Shown here piece after piece: positions 60,073-64,000 of a stretch of DNA of 64,000 nucleotides. Every line of letters begins with the position of its first letter. Position 1 is the stretch's first letter. This DNA is from Trueperaceae bacterium (GTDB lineage: Bacteria > Deinococcota > Deinococci > Deinococcales > Trueperaceae). The position numbers and the translations under genes were made by a program. The stretch spans positions 4,320,001 to 4,384,000 of the forward strand of contig OZ243927.1 in assembly GCA_965213925.1 (NCBI GenBank), in the 5' to 3' direction. A model generated the notes under the pieces. It saw nothing but the letters and a program-made list of their open reading frames with translations, had not been told where the DNA came from and made no database searches.

Positions 60073-60231
60073 TTAGCCGCCTCCGGTGCTCGAGCCCTCA
60101 GCCGTGCCACTTTCGCTACCGCCTTCGCCGCCGCCCGAAGGGCCGCACGCGGCGAGCGAGAGGGTGAAAACGGCGAACACGCTGAGCAAAACGATTCTAG
60201 GGGAACGGAAAACTTTCATTACATCTTTCAT
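60073..60231 (-). CDS. 52-aa lipopeptide MKDVMKVFRSPRIVLLSVFAVFTLSLAAC-GPSGGGEGGSESGTAEGSSTGGG, absent from the ORF track
   Basis: AAGGAGG RBS, lipobox LAA|C, terminator downstream. Confidence 0.8.
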   Translation of the reverse strand: MKDVMKVFRSPRIVLLSVFAVFTLSLAACGPSGGGEGGSESGTAEGSSTGGG

Positions 60232-60391
60232 TGTTGCCTCCTTATGGGGTACTTTAACGCTCTCACATGAAAACTCATAAAGGATTATATGAGCAACGTT
60301 AGCGTGAGAGCGGCACTGCTCGAGTTACAGACGCCGAGACAACCTCTTAGTATGAGAGCCGTCTCACAGAGTCTGATTATTCGCCAGCTTC

Positions 60392-60667
60392 CTACTCACC
60401 GCCCGTGCTGCCGCCCGTACTACCACCGGTCGCGCCGCCCGTACTGCCGCTCGAGGCTTCACCCGAGGCCTGCTCTTCTAGGTTCTCAGCCTCGTTTTGC
60501 ACCTCTTCGGCTTCACCCGCGACTTCGTTGGCGGCTTCCTCTTCGCTGCCAGACTCTACCGTTGCGGAGCTATCGTTGTCGTTGCTCGCGCCGCCGTCGC
60601 CGGGGCCGCAAGCGGCTAAAGAAAATACGAGTAGAAACGCGCTTAATAGGGCTATCAGTTTTTTCAT
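60392..60667 (-). CDS. Small acidic disordered lipoprotein with a TGG-repeat tail
   Basis: AAGGAGG RBS, lipobox LAA|C, ends STGGATGGSTGGSTGGE. Confidence 0.85.
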   Translation of the reverse strand: MKKLIALLSAFLLVFSLAACGPGDGGASNDNDSSATVESGSEEEAANEVAGEAEEVQNEAENLEEQASGEASSGSTGGATGGSTGGSTGGE

Positions 60668-60916
60668 AAAACCCGCCTCCTTTCGAAAAAGCGTAACAAA
60701 TCACATTTTAATAAATATGAACGTAGCCCACAGACACTCATCTTCATGAAGACAGCGGGTAACATCTGGTCATCAACGCGCTTAGCTAAAGCCGTGAGAG
60801 GTGCGGAAAGAGTCGGCATGAACGAGAACCCCTGCTTCGCGCCCTATAAAACAACTCAGGCGTCTTATAGCGCTTGTGCGCTCGGTATGTCCTCATCAGC
60901 AACCAGCAACGAGAGG

Positions 60917-60952
60917 GGTAGGCTCGAGCTAACCATCCACCTCGAGCCTACC
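60917..60952. repeat. 12-bp inverted repeat built on CTCGAG
   Basis: ggtaggctcgag-N12-ctcgagcctacc after the symporter stop. Confidence 0.6.
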
Positions 60953-60958
60953 GCGTCC

Positions 60959-62563
60959 TCACCAGAAATACACCACCGTCGCAGCCATCAGCACGAAGAG
61001 CGCCGCGGACTGGTAGCGAAAGTCGCGGTACCAGGGCACGCCCTGACCCTTGATGTCCTCCCGGTAGTTCTCCCGCGTAAAGGTGTACTCGCGAATCTTT
61101 TCGGGGTCGGGTGCTTCGGTGGCGTAGCTGATGACCGTCATCAGGACGAAAGCGAAGATGAACATCAGGACCGCCATGTAGGTAAAGTGGATGTTCGGCA
61201 GACCGATATTTGTCCAGACGTTCGTGACCTCTTTCATGATAAAGAGGGGAATGCCGACGACGAGACCCGAAAGGATCGTCCAGAACGCGCCGTTCGCGTT
61301 GATACGCTTCCAGAAAAGCCCGATGATGTAGACGGCGACGATAGCCGGGATGATGTAAGAGAGCACCGACTGAAAGTACTGAAAGAGCGTCTCGAAGCTG
61401 GCGATCGCGGGCGCGTAGATTGCGCCGATCACCATGACCACACCCGTGATGATGCGCCCGAGCCGCACGAGCATGCTCTGCGAGGTGTCGGGGCGGAGTT
61501 CTTTGATGAAGTCCAAGGTGATGAGCGACGAGGCGGCGTTCAGCGCGGAGTCTAGACTCGACATAATAGCGGCGATGAGCGCCGACATCACGAGCCCGCG
61601 CAGACCGATAGGCAAGAGGTCAAACGCAAGCGTCGGGAAGACCAAGTCAGGGTTGGATAGCTCAGGGTATAAGAGAAGCGCCATAACGCCTGGTAAGATC
61701 ATGATGAAGAGGTTAGGGAGTTTGAGGAGCCCGGCGAAGAGCGCCCCCTTGCGCCCTTCATCCAAATTGCTCGCCCCCAAGGTGCGCTGCACGATGAACT
61801 GATTTAAGGTCCAGTAGTAAAAGCCGAGCAAGATCACGCCCAAAATGCCGGGCCAGGGCAGGAAGTCGTCACCTACAGGTCTGATAAGGCTGAGCTGACC
61901 GGGCGCGAGCTGGCTCGTCATCGCGCCCCAACCGCCCACCTGGTTTAAGCCGATGATAAAGATCGCCGTCGCCCCTACGATGAGCAAAATCGCTTGTACC
62001 GTGTCGGTCACAACGACGGCGGAGAGCCCACCCAAAATCGTATAGATACCCGCGACAAAGGCTAAAACCGCCACCGCCTGCCACAGAGCGAAGTTCGAAA
62101 AGACGGTGGTGATAACCAACCCGCCCGCGTAGAGCGCCCCCGCCGTGTCGATAAACATGATCGCCAAAACCGTAAAGGCGGAGTAGGCGTAGCGCGAGCG
62201 CTTGTCGAAGCGGGTCTCTAAATATTCGGGAATCGTAAAGAGGTTCGCCCGCAAAAAGTAGGGCAGCATAAAGAAGGCGAAGAAGATAAGGACCAACGCG
62301 GCGGTCCACTCGTAGTTGAAGATGACGAGACCGTTGTCGTACGCGCCGCCCATCAGCCCAACAAACGACGAGCCCGACATGTTCGAGGCGAAGAGCGAGA
62401 AGCCGATGAGGTACCAGGGCAACCCGCGCCCCGCTAAAAAGTACCCTTCAGCGTCCTCATTTCCTTTGCGGCTCATGTAGACGCCGTGCGCGATGACGCC
62501 CACGAAGTAGAGCACGATGATAACGATATCGATCGTAGCTAAATCAAACTGCGGTTGGTCCAT
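60959..62563 (-). CDS. Sodium:solute symporter (SSS, SGLT-like sugar type)
   Basis: YFLAGR, SLFASN, VVVTDTVQ, NQFIVQRTL, AAIMSSLDS. Confidence 0.92.
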   Translation of the reverse strand: MDQPQFDLATIDIVIIVLYFVGVIAHGVYMSRKGNEDAEGYFLAGRGLPWYLIGFSLFASNMSGSSFVGLMGGAYDNGLVIFNYEWTAALVLIFFAFFMLPYFLRANLFTIPEYLETRFDKRSRYAYSAFTVLAIMFIDTAGALYAGGLVITTVFSNFALWQAVAVLAFVAGIYTILGGLSAVVVTDTVQAILLIVGATAIFIIGLNQVGGWGAMTSQLAPGQLSLIRPVGDDFLPWPGILGVILLGFYYWTLNQFIVQRTLGASNLDEGRKGALFAGLLKLPNLFIMILPGVMALLLYPELSNPDLVFPTLAFDLLPIGLRGLVMSALIAAIMSSLDSALNAASSLITLDFIKELRPDTSQSMLVRLGRIITGVVMVIGAIYAPAIASFETLFQYFQSVLSYIIPAIVAVYIIGLFWKRINANGAFWTILSGLVVGIPLFIMKEVTNVWTNIGLPNIHFTYMAVLMFIFAFVLMTVISYATEAPDPEKIREYTFTRENYREDIKGQGVPWYRDFRYQSAALFVLMAATVVYFW

Positions 62564-62739
62564 AGCTATCCCCCCTAATTGTGTAGTTCCTTTATCGAGG
62601 CTACCCTACACGACGTCCCACTTTTCAAACCGTATGAGAAACCCATATTGCTGAGACATCCTCCGACTCGAGGACAAGACCGCGCGTCAAGTAGAACTTA
62701 GACCCCAAGTCGGAAAGTTTGAAGCCGCCGCCTCACTAA

Positions 62740-64000
<1,261 letters not shown>

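Overview
A ~60% GC chromosomal segment from a Deinococcota bacterium, most likely Truepera-like (inferred from gene content, HAIR-controlled dnaK, dnaK-grpE-dnaJ order and frequent leaderless starts). The core genes are mtnN, cysQ, a methylmalonyl-CoA mutase, gyrA, carB, hisZG, dnaK-grpE-dnaJ, a second dnaJ, proS and a partial metG. Accessory genes include a HigBA-like toxin-antitoxin pair, two GGDEF proteins, a Wzy_C/O-antigen-ligase-family protein and an ABC-2 exporter. I found no rRNA, tRNA, CRISPR array or transposase. The most striking unexplained signal is five exported proteins at three separate loci, two of them too small for the ORF track. All five end in -TGG-X(stop) and four carry repeated T-G-G motifs. 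Two of them sit beside the Wzy_C gene, suggesting an undescribed envelope tagging, glycosylation or sorting system (inference). Other signals are candidate leader-peptide attenuators (metG; a poly-Pro leader before an EamA gene; a Cys-rich peptide), candidate ncRNAs, a phased DnaA-box cluster, two TA-bounded MITE families and strong CTCGAG over-representation.
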